From Owenia fusiformis (taxonomy: Eukaryota), in the NCBI GenBank assembly GCA_903813345.2, contig CAIIXF020000001.1:22010001-22074000 (forward strand): DNA of 64,000 bases, given 5' to 3'. The position numbers and the translations under genes are program-made. Positions 37,901 through 51,600 of the stretch are shown in pieces (the stretch's first letter is position 1; each line of letters opens with the position of its first letter). The notes below the pieces were generated by a model. The model made no database searches. It was not told the DNA's origin and was given only the letters and a program-made list of their open reading frames with translations.

Positions 37901-38828
37901 CATACTGGTTATCTACTGTGTCACGGTTTGCTCTTGGTTTTTGAAAGTTGTCAAGGTTATATAGTTCAGGAAAAGGGATATTCTCTGCTGTGTCTGGTGT
38001 GATATAGTCTCGCAATTGTGCAGTTCTACAGTTTGTATCACCACTTAATAATATGTCACATTCTGGCACTTTCTCCAACAAATGGATGATTTTTGTTTCC
38101 AATAGAGATATTCCGTCCTCTTCATGGTTATAAAGTGAAGATCTTTCTGGAGCTACATATATGCACAATAATCCAATATCTTTATCTTATCCGAAGTAAT
38201 GTTTACTTAGTTTAAAGGCTACAGATTCTTTTAGGTTATGACATACACGTTTGATCCCATCTAATAGTGATTTACGAACGAATACACATATCCCTCCATG
38301 GTATCTGCCTCTTGATTTAGTTTTAGGTCTGCTTAGACCAAAGCATTTATGCGTATCAAGTAAATCGTCAAAATCATGATTCGTTTTTGCCCAAGTTTCA
38401 CAGATATTTATAATGTCATATGATTTGAAACGTTCAAGTAGTTCCCCTTTATTTGTATGTTGCGATAGACCATGTGCATTCCATTGTAATATAGTCAATA
38501 TTGTTTGGTTTGTTTGTTTCGGGCCTTGGCCATGCCCCTATCTGTTTTTATTCAACTTGATAACTTCCGATTTCTTTTCATCATATGCAAAATATTCGCC
38601 ATCTATCACTAGTTTGTCGTAGTTAAATGTGGCCTTTTGGTTTTCCTCTTTGGCCTTCTTTAGTGTTGGTAGCAGCTTTTTACGGATGTCTCGTACATGT
38701 TTTGACGGGTCCTCGTGAATGTAGACATTTGGTGCGCTGTTTTTCAGTTTGAATCTTGAGTTCCAGATAGTTTGTTTACCTTTGTACTTCGTAAATTTTA
38801 CTATGATAGGTTTTGGCCTGATATTTCC
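34945..38828 (-). mobile_element. 5'-truncated non-LTR retrotransposon (RTEX-like LINE)
   Basis: ORF1 C-terminal remnant (RPKPIIVKF..VYIHED..LVIDG, stop at 38538-38540); ORF2 with APE endonuclease (QWNAHGL, ICETW, GDTN, SDH), RT (FRGISLL, IDFSKAFD, QGDSLSP, YVDD) and C-terminal CxxC..EDEYH..C knuckle; 3' AATAAA, (TTA)n and poly-A tail; degenerate ~16-bp direct repeat at the flanks (aaagttgacttatctt / aaagtttgtttatctt). Confidence 0.9.
35034..38498 (-). pseudogene. LINE ORF2 (endonuclease-reverse transcriptase) broken by one in-frame TAA
   Basis: ORFs 38187-38498 and 35034-38168 are in the same frame, separated only by TAA at 38187-38189 (HYFG*DKDIGLLCIYVAP). Confidence 0.88.
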
Positions 38829-39229
38829 AAAGTTTGTTTATCTTCAAATAGCAACAGGACCAACAAAGTTCATATTCACTCTACTGCAAGGATGTGCCAT
38901 CTTTAATTTATTAATACTAGTATTATATTTAATATTCTAATACAACAATGTTTGAATGCGAGCACTGTCGATTTCAGGGCCATTTATATAATAGAGGAGT
39001 TTCCATATATTGCTTTGAAATCTCACAAATTCTCGTTTTTTCATGAGATTTAAAGAGATTTGCACTTTAAACCTCTAACAACCAAGCTTTCTTTCTTTTA
39101 ATAGCATATTTGAATTCAGTGAAAAGTTTTCCCCAATAATATAGCCTAACATTGATTTATACAATTATGTCACTTAATCAACATACGTTTTAAAAATATT
39201 TGAGCCAACACGTTGACATGGTCATCCCA

Positions 39230-41080
39230 CAGTCAGTCAAGTCGAGTAACTAAGTCAACATTCGAAAATAAAAATCTCAAAAATCGTACATCTTCGATTT
39301 CCAAAATAATTTGTGAGGTGGTTATTAAGATGATAATACACATTTTAACGTATTAATTTTGAGTACATCTCGAATCCATTCTCAACAAAAGCGTTCTCGA
39401 AATAAGTATTCGAAATATTTGAGTTCGGTATGATAAAAGTACATTAAGATATACCGCTCCTTAACAAACTCCTTTGGGACCAAGATATAGAATCAAATGC
39501 ATATTCTTCTTATTTACTCCCTGGCACATGCCAACGAATGTTACATACGTAAATATCTCCGTTTTAAATAATTTTGTTAACGTTGTTTTCTACAGGTGCC
39601 ATTTTTATAATTGAAAAACAAAATTGAACATTTTGTTTTTCTAAATTGATAAGTTTCTTAGAATACAACTTAACCGTTAACGATTTAAGTCATTAATAAT
39701 ATTTCCCTTAGTGATCCCATGCTAAATATACAGTAAGTAGGTCATTGTTTTGTGGCTTTTAAACATGAGTCGACAATTATGTAGGGAATTTCAATTCCAA
39801 ATGTAGGCGTGTCAACTCATGTTTTTGCACAAAATTTAGCCTTTTATAATGATAGATCGCCAAAATCTGCATGTACCTCTCAATGAGGCAACACGTTTTT
39901 AAATTTATAGATGCTGAGCTATAAACTCAAACAAAAATTAAACCACCCGCTATTATTTTGATTACACAAGACGAAATTTCCACTCCCGGGGAGCACTGTG
40001 GTAACACTTTGAAGGAGGATTCTTGAAATATCGTTCGAATTTTCTCAAAAGGTTTCACGCAATTTTATTGCTTTGTTTAAGCCCCGACTAATATCATACT
40101 CAAATCCGATACCATAATTATAAATTAAAATGAAACATTAAACTCACCAGGTTAAATAATAAACCGTTTCGAGAATTGATGATTTGAGTTAACTGTGGAT
40201 ATTTATATAAATGTAAGTCGGCATGTATTCGACAGTTAATGTACACACATGATGTATGCATCAACGTGTGACTTAAATATCGATTCGTGACAATCATATT
40301 TGGTTTTCAAAAATTAAGTTGGAAGTTACAGTGGTTGGAGATTAACGAAAACGTCAATCACATCCAAATATCAGAACGACGTCAAGTATGAACAATACAC
40401 TTTTTGTGCATCTCGAACAAGGCAAGGTTCTGTAATCCAGCAATGTGCATTCCGAAAGAAAAAATTCACAAATATCAACAAATCCCATTGAGTTGGATAT
40501 TACATTCAAAATCACAACTTTCGAAATATTTGTTTTAACCAAGAATTGTAAGAACTTGAAACATGTTGTTAGTTCTTCAAACCGCATATCCTCATTTACG
40601 TTCTTTGACAAGGATAAATTCATTTAAAAACATGGATTTTCTTGATTATTCTTCAAAACTACCCTTGAAATATTAGTAATTGGGATATTACAGTGTAAAT
40701 TGACACGCATTTGTTTGCTCCATATCATGAAAAAATAAATGCAGTACCATCTTTCAATATTTGAAAACAGAAAGTTCATTCTTTATGTAAACAAGAAAAA
40801 TTACATTTATGGTTGATTCATAATGAAAAATGACAAATAACATACATCTTTTGAAGTAGGGGTATAGTGGGACATAGTGGAAATTCAGAAATTTAGGCAA
40901 TATCCCAAAGATTGCTTCACCAATATGTAACAGAACATCAAATTTATCATTTACATGTTTGCTGATAGGTTTATTGAAAATAATTAATCAGAGGTTTACT
41001 TTAATTATGGTACCATTCTTAGTTAATATTGATGAACATAGGAATATCGAATGTTGACTAAGTTACTTGACTTGACCGAG
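39230..41080. mobile_element. Degenerate non-autonomous TIR element (Tc1/mariner-like ends)
   Basis: GTCAAGTCGAGTAACTAAGTCAACATTCGA mirrored by TCGAATGTTGACTAAGTTACTTGACTTGAC; no recognisable transposase inside. Confidence 0.6.
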
Positions 41081-41643
41081 TATGCAATTTGAGTTTCAGA
41101 CAGTTTCAGCACTTTTTCATAAATCATTAAATTAAGTGACTATTGCAAGTTTATAAAATGGCTATGGCAGGCTATGGCAGTCTGGCTCAAGCAAAACGAA
41201 GAATGACAAAGGTGACATCTATTATATCAGCTTTATTCCATTCTGATTTATCAGAGTCCCTCTTTACCTAACGTTTTTGAGAGAACTATTCCAAAAGGAT
41301 AGTAAAGGCTGTGGATCCCACAATGGCTTTATTCAGCTATTTAGAAACTATACTATTAGGACCAATCCTATTGGTATAGCACTGGTGCATCTCATTTTTC
41401 CAGTCAATTTAGTAATCATTTCATCTGAAGATGCTGGCGTGTCAAAGATTAATATCAGGTCTTAAAGTGAAAAATTAAATGGGATGTTCACCATTATGGT
41501 ATTCATCACTTATATCTGTTTGCAATTAGCTATTAATATCCTCGGGTTGAACTGGGTTCATTCATCGACGCTAATATCTGACAGAAGGGGTGAAACTTTC
41601 TCAGTGTGCTGGGCCAAATCGAAAGTACGAACCCATGGCATTC

Positions 41644-41963
41644 CACTGGCGGATTAGGGGGGGGGGGGGGGGGGGGGGGGGGCTGGGGGCCCAAGGGGGG
41701 GCTCAGAAAAAAAAGTTGGACCCAAAAAAATTGTGGGCCAAAAAAGGCCTTAAGGCCCCATAAAGTGGGCCTTTTTATCATTTCTGGGCCTTTTAAGGCC
41801 TTATTTTTTAATTTCAGGCCAAATTTTGAAGAAAATGGGCCTCAGAATTTCAAAATGTGGGCCCACTTTGGGATTTTACGGGCCCAAAATTTTTTCCCGC
41901 GGATGTTTTTTTCTCTGACCTGAAATTTGGGCCCCCCCTTGTTGGTTTCCAGATCCGCCCCTG
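41644..41963 (-). mobile_element. hAT5-like MITE with 5-bp TSD
   Basis: CACTGGCGGATT / GATCCGCCCCTG; TSD CATTC; body is the reverse complement of one unit of the 17662-18483 array. Confidence 0.82.
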
Positions 41964-42046
41964 CATTCTAGAAAGAAATTGATAGAACGCTGATCAGACG
42001 ATGGTACATGTTTCCTTTTTACAGTTATCAGAAGCAACGCTGGATA

Positions 42047-42131
42047 TAGCCTTGCCCAAGTCGGTCTCTTTTACTTATCTTGATTTCTGTTATGACCAGA
42101 TAAGTAAAAAATACCGACTTGGGCAAGGCTA
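42047..42131. mobile_element. 85-bp hairpin element TAG..CTA with perfect 9-bp TSD (AcademH-like non-autonomous)
   Basis: TAGCCTTGCCCAAGTCGGT / ACCGACTTGGGCAAGGCTA; TSD CGCTGGATA; partial second copy at ~56061-56141. Confidence 0.88.
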
Positions 42132-42582
42132 CGCTGGATACAGCATCAACCAGAACTGAGGACAGACGCCGAATATGAAATTACATTTACCATGTTGATC
42201 ACGATGCTTTAATTAATAAACACGATGCTTTAATTAATATTGTTTGATCACTGGGGTAATAAAGCATGTATTTCATTCTCTTGTTAGTAGTATTTTATCA
42301 GCTGCTGGAATCATGCTTTTAACAGTCGTTAAAACTGCAAATACAATAAAGCGTGTCATTTTCCACATCAATTGCTTTTGTGAATTTGATTTAAAATGTC
42401 TCCTTATTGTTATATTTAGATGTTATGTTTACATATATTTGTGAATGCAAATTTTAATATTTTGATCAAGTGGTGTTATATTCCGAATATGTTAACGCAT
42501 CATTTGGGCACTTTGAAGTCATGCAGTTAGAAAATAAAAGTGAATTTGTTCTTTATTGTACGAGCATATATCCGGCTTGAAC

Positions 42583-42589
42583 TATAAAT
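42583..42589 (+). promoter_or_regulatory. Candidate TATA box of SRCR copy 2
   Basis: ACTATAAAT then GATGATCA before the ATG, as in copy 1; upstream 42243-42400 aligns with 22305-22450. Confidence 0.35.
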
Positions 42590-42610
42590 GTTGACTGATA
42601 GATGATCACG

Positions 42611-45600
42611 ATGGATCGGTATGTAAAGATTAAGTCTATAATATAGACTCTATATAGGTCATTCTTCAAACCATATAGCTATATATTATATGTTGGTATA
42701 CAACGTTATTTTGTTATTCGTGGACTTAACGTGGTTTTACGTTCATCATTGCAGGTTGTGTAACGTATGTGTGCTACTACTTCATCTCATTTGGTGTGCT
42801 GTTGGTCATCATTACGGTATTAATTACATTTACAAACTTTAATATTGATCATCAGATTTCTTAATGGAGCTACATGCATATGACACAGTTCGAAATTGAA
42901 TATCATTATTATTGTTAGCTGTTACATCTTCGTCCTTGGTTGTTACTGTTTTTGCTTTTGAAAATCAGGCAGTAAAACTTGCAGGAATGGTAAAACCCCG
43001 TTAATATAAAATCGTATTTGCTGACAAAATGCTGGACTGTTTAAACCACTTCAGCTAAATACATCATTGATATCAATATCATATTCTTAGAGATAAATAC
43101 TCGTATCAAGAAAACGATCGAATCGTATGTCCATAGCATAAACATGTAAGAATAGAGAACAGACTGCTGAAAGCAAGTATCGTGAAAACTTAATGTGCAT
43201 ATTTTAATAATCATGTGCGCATTAAAGGACTTGGACCAACAAACGCAGACATTACAAGTATTCGGCTAACTAGGTCACGTGAAGGAAGAGAAGGTCTTGA
43301 GGGACAAGTCGAGTTGTACTTTAACAATAGTGCAATAATGACACCCCAATGGGGCGTGATATGTGGGGATTTCGATGAAAATGCTGCCAAGATTGTATGT
43401 AGGGAGCTCGGTTTCCCAGTGGGCACTCGAGCAGTTCCACTTCTAGTAAGAATAATAACAATTTTAACTAGTAGCGTGTATTATGACTTTTGTTTGAACA
43501 AAATGCAAACGTTTTGGGATAAGTTCGTCAACGGTGCACGTCAATTTCTTCTGTGGTCATTATCAATTTTCATATTCTGAAAACTCCCACCATTAAAGGA
43601 TTCTCATTTCGGACTACAAGATAGGCAGACGTTCATACATCTTCCTCTAAATGCGTGTGCGGGTGATGAGGAAAGGCTGATAGAATGTCAACATTCGCCC
43701 ATCCTGGAGGAACATTGGCCCGAAGGTACTGTAGGAAGTATTAGAGTTGCTTCAAGTCTTTGGACCCCCTCTATCCCCTTTACCACAAATGGAACTGGTA
43801 ATGGAGGGTCACAAGGGCTTGCAGCTATCTCCAGATTTCTTTAGTAACTTGAAGCATGAGTTTCCGAAATAATTAGATGATTTCAGCATGTTCAACCTTT
43901 TCATCACACATCCCGTCCTCTTAGTTCTTCATAAGTCTCTCTGGGGCCTCGATCGTGTGACACAAACATTTTTCACACCTCTTCGATTCCAGACATTTCA
44001 TGTAATCGTACGGACATCCACAGGGATAATGAAGACGGTTCCAAGAACATCATTGGCGTCTCTTGTGGTTCCGAACCCGATATTGAAGGTAAGTGAAATG
44101 AACAATAAAGTTACAAACTTGATTAGATAGAATTTTGAGTTAGATTTAGTTTATAGATGGCCTATAGGCCATCAGCTTCACCCCAAAATTTAGGTTATCG
44201 GTACCAAGTTAGGGGAATAAGCCTCATTGTGATTTTTGGCAAGGTAAATACCTCTAGAGTAAGAAATTATATGATAGCATTGCAGGAGTGGCAGCTAAAT
44301 GGTTGTTATCACCCATTTTTCAAAATGGCCGCCGGTGCACTTACTACCAAATAAAAGAAGTTATATCAAAGCACACTGAGAGACAAAAACAGTGATTTTG
44401 AGGTCTATTTCAGGGTTTTAGGGGTCAAGGATTTCATTTAAGTCAAAATCTAAGTCATCAAAGAATTGGAAATCCAAGATGGCCGCCATAATGGATGTCA
44501 AAACAAATATGTCACTATTGATATAAGTTCAAAAAGCTCAAAGAATGGTTAAAAAGTGACTTTGGAGACCATGAAAAGGTTTAAGAGGATAGGGATTTTA
44601 TTTGTCTCTAAATCTAAATAATAATCAAAGAACTACTTTACATAGAAATCCAAAATGGCCACCAAAATGAATGTCAAAATGAATACGTAACTATTTATGT
44701 AAACTCAAAAATGGTTGCTTTTGCAGACCATGGTAAGTTTAAATAGAGGTTAAGGATTCCATTCATGTATAAATTGAAGTGATTAAAGAATACCTTTATA
44801 CAGAAATCTAAACTGGCTGCCAAAATGGCTGCAAAAATGAATTTTTAAGCACATAGAAAAATTAGAATAGTTATGTTATAGATATCTGAGACTGGGTTTC
44901 AGGAGAAAATGGTTTCAATTTACCTTTACTTAAGTTATCTTAACCTTTCCTCATATTAAAATCCAAAATGGTCACCAAACTGGCTGCCAAAATAAATTAC
45001 AACATTCACATGGAGCATGACTCAACCATCTAACCTATTTCCTTTATTTGCCATCTTGAAGTCCACAGGCTGCAGACCTAGTTCTCTCAACATGATTTTC
45101 CGAGAAGAACATTGGAAGCCTCTAAAGCCTACATGAACTGGGAAGTGTCTCACCTTCCACCCTTTACACCTTACTTTGTCAATGAGGTCTTCATTCTCGG
45201 CACTCTTCAGTCTATCCGAGATATTATCTTCTGTGTAATTGTAGACTTGGATTGAGTCTGTCCTTTCTTTACAGACCTACGGCCCTCGGGCAGATATATT
45301 ATATTGGCCTTGGGATAATCCCCATATCCTGAACCTCATATAGGATAATCTCTATGTACCAACTCCCTACATTGCTAAGGTCAATAGCTTTCATCCACTT
45401 TTCTAGTTCTCACAGATGCTGTTGTTGGGACCCATCAAAATATTTTGCCAAAATATATTCAATTCTCTCATCATGGATAGTATGAAAAAAAAACATTAGC
45501 TTCATTTGTTACTCTGCTTGCAGAGTCTAGTTAAACTAGAGATGAAGCTCTCTTTTCTGAAGCGAAGTCGAATTAATGCAAAGGATATTCCTTTGTATAC

Positions 45601-48600
45601 CACTCAGTTGAAAAGATTCCTGGGATTGCACTACATATATCTCATCTTCTCCAAGCAGCTTAAAATCCGTTATGCTCCAGGAAATGACTAGGTCATAACA
45701 TTAATGATGTCCAAAAAGGCTAGGCAAGAAAGATGTCTTGTATCATCATTCCCTTTGAGACCTCCATATTAGGACTCTTCTGCTTTCATAAACCAGTTCA
45801 TTGTTTTGATGAAGAGAGTACAATTGAGATGGTACATCACATCAGGGCCATCTTTGATATCCAAATGAATATGTTCCAAAATTAATTATTCATTTTGGCA
45901 GCCATTTTGGTTGCCATCCTGAATATCCAAATAAAAGAATTATTTGATGACTTAAAGTTCTCAACCATTTAAACCTAGCCATTGACTTAAAATTATCGAC
46001 CTCTGAAACCTAGACATGGTCTCCAAAATCACTTTGTAATTGTTCATTGAGCTTATATAAATGGTAACTTATTCATTTTGGCATCCATCTTGGATTTCCC
46101 TTCAAGTTATTCTTTGAAAACTAAGACAATAAAATTATTGATCCCCAAACCCTTTCATGATCTACAAAACTACATTTTAGCTATTCTTTGAGCTTACATT
46201 AATAGTTACATGTTCGTTTCGGCACCCATATTGGCGGCCATTTTGGTTTTCTATGAAAAGTAATTATTTGATTACTTAGACTAAAATGAAGCATAAGTGA
46301 AATCATTAACCTCTAAACCCTTTCATGATCTATAAAATTGCTTTTTATCTGTTCTTTGAGCATGTATCAATACATGTAGTTACATATTCCATTTGGCACC
46401 TATTTTGGCGGCCATCTTGGATTTACATATAAGGTAATCCTTTGATGACATAGATTTAGACATGAATAAAATCCTTAGGCTTGAAAACCTCTTCTAAAAC
46501 TCTTCAAAATCATTTTGAAACGTTTTAGCTTGTATCATTAGTTACATATTTGTTTTTGAACCAAAATTGGTGGCCATCTTGGATTTTCGTATGAATTTAT
46601 GTTTTGATGACTTGGATTTATGCATAAATTGAATCAGTGACTCCTAAAACCCAGAATTAGACCCTAAAATTACTGATTTTGCTTCTCAGTATGCTTAGAT
46701 ATAACTTCTTTCATTTGGTAGCAAGCGCACCGGCAGCCATTTTGAAAAATGGGTAAAAACACCCATTTAGCTGCCACTTCTGCAATGCTATCACATATTT
46801 TCTTACTCTAGGGGTGTACACCTTCCCAAAAATCACCATGGCCATTATTCCCCTGATTTGGTACCGACCAACCCCCCAGGCTGATCGCCTACTACGAGAG
46901 GTTTGCAAATGCAATAATATTATAAAAATTGAGACTGTTCAATGCTTTGTTGGTGAAATACATCATAAGTTAATTGTTGCTTGCCTTAAACCAAAACAGA
47001 AGGTCAAGATTTAAGGCTAGGACATAATCAACGATTGTTTTAGCACACAAAAAGCACACAAAGTCAAAACAACCGTTCATCTGCATGCTGTAAAGTGTAG
47101 AATGACTTTTTTCCGTTTTGATTAGCCGAAATGTGATATATCATGCTTAATGAATACACAATGCATCCATATCAAACTCTCATATCCATACCCAATTATA
47201 GTTCGACTTGTTGATGGAAGAGACGAAACAGAGGGCAGGGTCGAAATGAGTTACTATGGTACCTGGGGTACTATATGTGACGACTCTTGGGATGACAACG
47301 ATGCCAAGGTCGTATGTCAACAGCTGGGTTTATACCAGACCCATGGCAAAGCATATAGCATGAGGGCCGCCTATTTTGGCGAGGGCCAAGGTACCTAATT
47401 TAATAATTTCCTCCTATGAAAATATACATGTGAATGTGCAAGGGGCATCCATGTACAGGATCACCAGAGACTGATCGATGGAAATATCTTAAAAATATTC
47501 AAAGATCACTGAATTCAACAATTTGCATTCGAATTGTTCACACTTGTCATAATAATGTTATACGTGGTTTTTGCCACCTATTAATGATTAATTTAATGTT
47601 TGAATTGTTTGGCTGTATAATATGAAATGCTTGGCTGTGACATGAAAATGCTTGGCTGTGAGAGATATTTAGATCGTCTAGTCTTACCGTACTCGCAAAT
47701 ATGAATAACGAATATAAGTTACATAATACAATTACTTTATTATTGTGTAACCTTTAATCAACTGTGAACGTGTAAACAATAATATGTACGTTAAACCATT
47801 TCACTTTCGTTTACCTCGAATACAATGCTATATGTCTGTCAGACCAATGTTAAATTCGGCATCCTCGATTACCTAGTTTTCTCCATTTCCTTTCCTCGGC
47901 TCCTTGACTTATTTTCCGACATCATGACGATTGTAAGTTTTCAGATTCTTTTCCGCTATCTTCCCACCATCTTTCCACTATCATTTTCTTCACCCTGATC
48001 TTACATTCATTCACAACTTATATACCATTTGAAACGTTAACAAGACGCATCTCATCATTGACTCTGATTGGTTACTTATTACATAGAGTTCTAAAGATAG
48101 AAATGATGTCATTGTCAGGATAATGCAAGAACAGACAAACGTTGGACCTTCGTCATGCACCTGGCTATAATTGATTACTGGAAAGCTGATTTACATATTT
48201 AGATCCAGTCATATCAGGAGCATGTTTATAAACAGAACTGACCTCAGGATGTACCTAATAAATCTTGAGCTGTCAGCATTGTGAAATACTGTTCTCAACA
48301 CTAACATGAATTGAACCTACTTTACATTCTTCCTTTGCAGTGCCTCACGTATTTATGAATAATGTTGCTTGTGATGGGATTGAAGATAAAATAGATGAGT
48401 GTGGTCTTGTCAGGTCTGTGGGAAACTGCCTTAAAAGTAAAGACGCATCAGTGTCATGTTTGAGAGAACCTGTTCAAAGTAAGTAACCATATCCTGATAT
48501 CGTGGACAAAGAATTAGAAAACCACTGAGTCACGTGGAATAATCTACTTGTTAAGGGCTTTTTTACCAATTAACTGTACCGAAATTGTGTAAACAGATGT

Positions 48601-51600
48601 TATTTCCTCTTATAACGATATGATGTTGAAAGGAGCACGTAGGTTATCGCAAACAATTTCAAACGATTCTAACTTGAATTATGAATATTTTCTGATCATG
48701 AACATGGATGTATCTTTTAGATCCATTCATTATCTTCAAGAAAAGTATATATAATGATAATTTAGTTAATCAGACCTAAGTGATATTGAAGGGGCAATGG
48801 ACCAATCAACATACTTTTTCAAAAATGTTGACCTAATTTTCACCAAAAATGCAACCTATTATTATATTGTTGAATGCATAATTAGAATGTGCTTTGAGAC
48901 ATGTTCAAAATCCTAAAAGGAAAATTTGATTGCTCCAGGGACTTTAAAGATATTCAATTTGGATGACCAAAATGAACTGAAACAAATGGATAGCATGAGA
49001 TTTTTCAATGGAGAAATAACATGGGGAACTCTTATCTTAATGCAATTAAGTTTTTCTTTCAAGAACTGTTTGATACATCAAAATAAAGAATAGTAATGCA
49101 TTAAACATTGTAAAAAATGATTGCATTTTTGGTGAAAATGGGGTCAACATCTTCAAAATGGGGTAAAAAAGTGTGTTGATGGGTTAATTGCTAGTTAAAT
49201 ATCTCCGAGTTTGTTTGAATTTATTATTACTGTGCATAATTTTCATTGAGATAATGAATTGATCTAAAAGATAAACTTGTCTTCATTGTCAGAAAATAGT
49301 CATAATCCAAGATATAACCTTCTGAAATTGTTTGCGATAACCCACGTGCTCCTTTCTAAATGTTATGCCAAAAGACAAAGCAAATAATAAATAAATAAAT
49401 ACTTCCTGTAGATAGGGTGAGACTAGTAGGAGGGTCAGAGTACGCTGGTAGGGTAGAGATTTACCATAAACTTAAGTGGGGAACTGTTAAGAATAGCGAC
49501 AAACCATTCGGAATCGACCAACATGCTTCAGCAAATTACTTCGAAAGAGTCATATGTAGACAGCTTGGTTTAACAACAGCGTTGGAGAGTGCTGTCAGGT
49601 ACTATCGTATGCATTCGTTCAATTTCGCTTCTTAAAACTAGATTTAGCGCGCAGGGTAGTTATCATGAAACTACTCAATTCATATCAGTAACTGTGACGT
49701 TTACGACCAGGTCATTCATATTTGTTTTATATTAATGTTCATATGACCCATTTCTATTTGCTAAAGATACCGTGGATCCCCGTTCGGTTACGGATCAGAT
49801 AGATCCTTACAGTACATCAAATGTTACGGAAATGAATCCACGATTGACGACTGTGTACTTGAATGGACGTCCAACCTCTATTGGCGTGCACCAGGTTGGT
49901 TCCATTGGTCAGACGCATCAGTGTCCTGCAAACCACATCCTTTAGAAGGTAAGACGTCCACGTCCATAATGTTATGTTCGAACATACATTTAAGTAGCTA
50001 CTATAGTAGTATATGATCTCTGTAAAAAACGTTGTATTTGACAATGTCTGAACTTGTGTTTTGAGGGAGGGGCGAAAACCAGTCATCCTTGCCTATAGGA
50101 AAATGAGCTAACTTTTTTTTAGAACAGTGATATTAGCGTGTTCACTGGTGATCCACTCGATTACGCTGGTTACCAAAACGAACCGTTTTGGTAACAAAAT
50201 GTCGGAACATCCGGAAGGTACGATTTTTCTCGTTTCCTTATTTTACACGTTGTAGGCAGAATTCCAACGACATTTTTTAACACAAACGTGTATCAGTATC
50301 ATATGTTTAAGAAAGTGTACATATTCGCGAACAAATAGTTCAGAAGACAACAGAATCGTCGATTTACTTCCTCACTTAAGTTACATAAACGGTTTGGGTT
50401 AAAAGTGCAGATCTTAACTGTTTTTCGAAAAACCGTTTATGTAACTTAAGTGAGGAAGTAAATCGACGATTCTGTTGTCCTCTGAGCCAATTTATTGCAA
50501 ACATGTACATTTTCTAAAACATATCATACTGATGCACGTTGTGAGAAGAAACGTCGTGGGGATTCTGCCTACAACGCGTGAAATAAGGAAAAAAGAAAAA
50601 TCGTGCCTTCGACGTTCCGACATTTTGTTACCAAAACGGTTCGTTTTGGTAACCAGCGTAATCGAGTGGATCACCAGTGGTGTTTTTATTTCATTTAATT
50701 AGTGAGACTTGCTGATGGTGCCACGGCATCACAAGGTCGCCTTGAGGTTAACTTTAATGGTATTTGGGGAACCGTTTGTGATGATTTGGTAACTCCAACT
50801 GATGCTAGAGTTGTATGTAAGATGCTTGGATACAACGACGGCAGAGGTATTGTCGTACCAAGGGGAACTTTCCCTCCAGGTAAACAAGAATCATCAATAT
50901 ATTTGTTTCTCATGTTTCAGAGAATTTCATCATTCCCTAATGCATAACAATATTGTCTAAACTCTGGTTCATCAGATGGTTTTGCAAGATATCTTGATAG
51001 GGAAGATCACCGATAGCAAAATTAATGTTCCTATTAAGGCATATGCTTCAGTCTTGCACTTGGTCTAATATCCAAAAACCGTTGTTTAACTTGATGTGTC
51101 ACCCTGCTGTCTCAATTGATACAAAAACTATGAATTTCTTTACAAGGAGACGGTCTTCGAACTTGGATCTCGGCGTTGATGTGTGGGCCATCTGACACGA
51201 TCATCGATAACTGTGACAGAAATAAATTAAAATTTGGCAAGAGATGGGCATGTGACCATTCTGAAGATGTCGGTATAGACTGTGACCCGCCAACATCGAA
51301 AGGTGATCGGTTCAAATTACATAGTAGCCGAGACAACACAAGTCCCAAGTCTGTATATTTTTTCTCATTTCTCCACTTTTAAAAGTTAAGTCACCACATT
51401 TTGCATGCACATTCCTTGGAGAAATCCTAACATAGAATTTTATTGGTTTTGATTATAATTTATTTGTTAAATATAGGGAAACATTTGATTTTGACTGGTC
51501 TATAATCAAAATTTTCCATTTTGTGTAACAAATGCAACATTTTGACATTATTAATAAAACTCCAAGTTATAAATGACAGATATAATATGGTGACTCTAAT

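Noticed and set aside
40354-40627. ORFs inside the 39230-41080 element as a transposase
   Set aside because: Short, with no DDE or HTH motifs recognisable.
47391-48340. Possible SDR remnant in the copy 2 intron equivalent to the nested-gene intron
   Set aside because: No SDR motifs recognisable by eye; a tblastn would be needed to exclude a very decayed relic.
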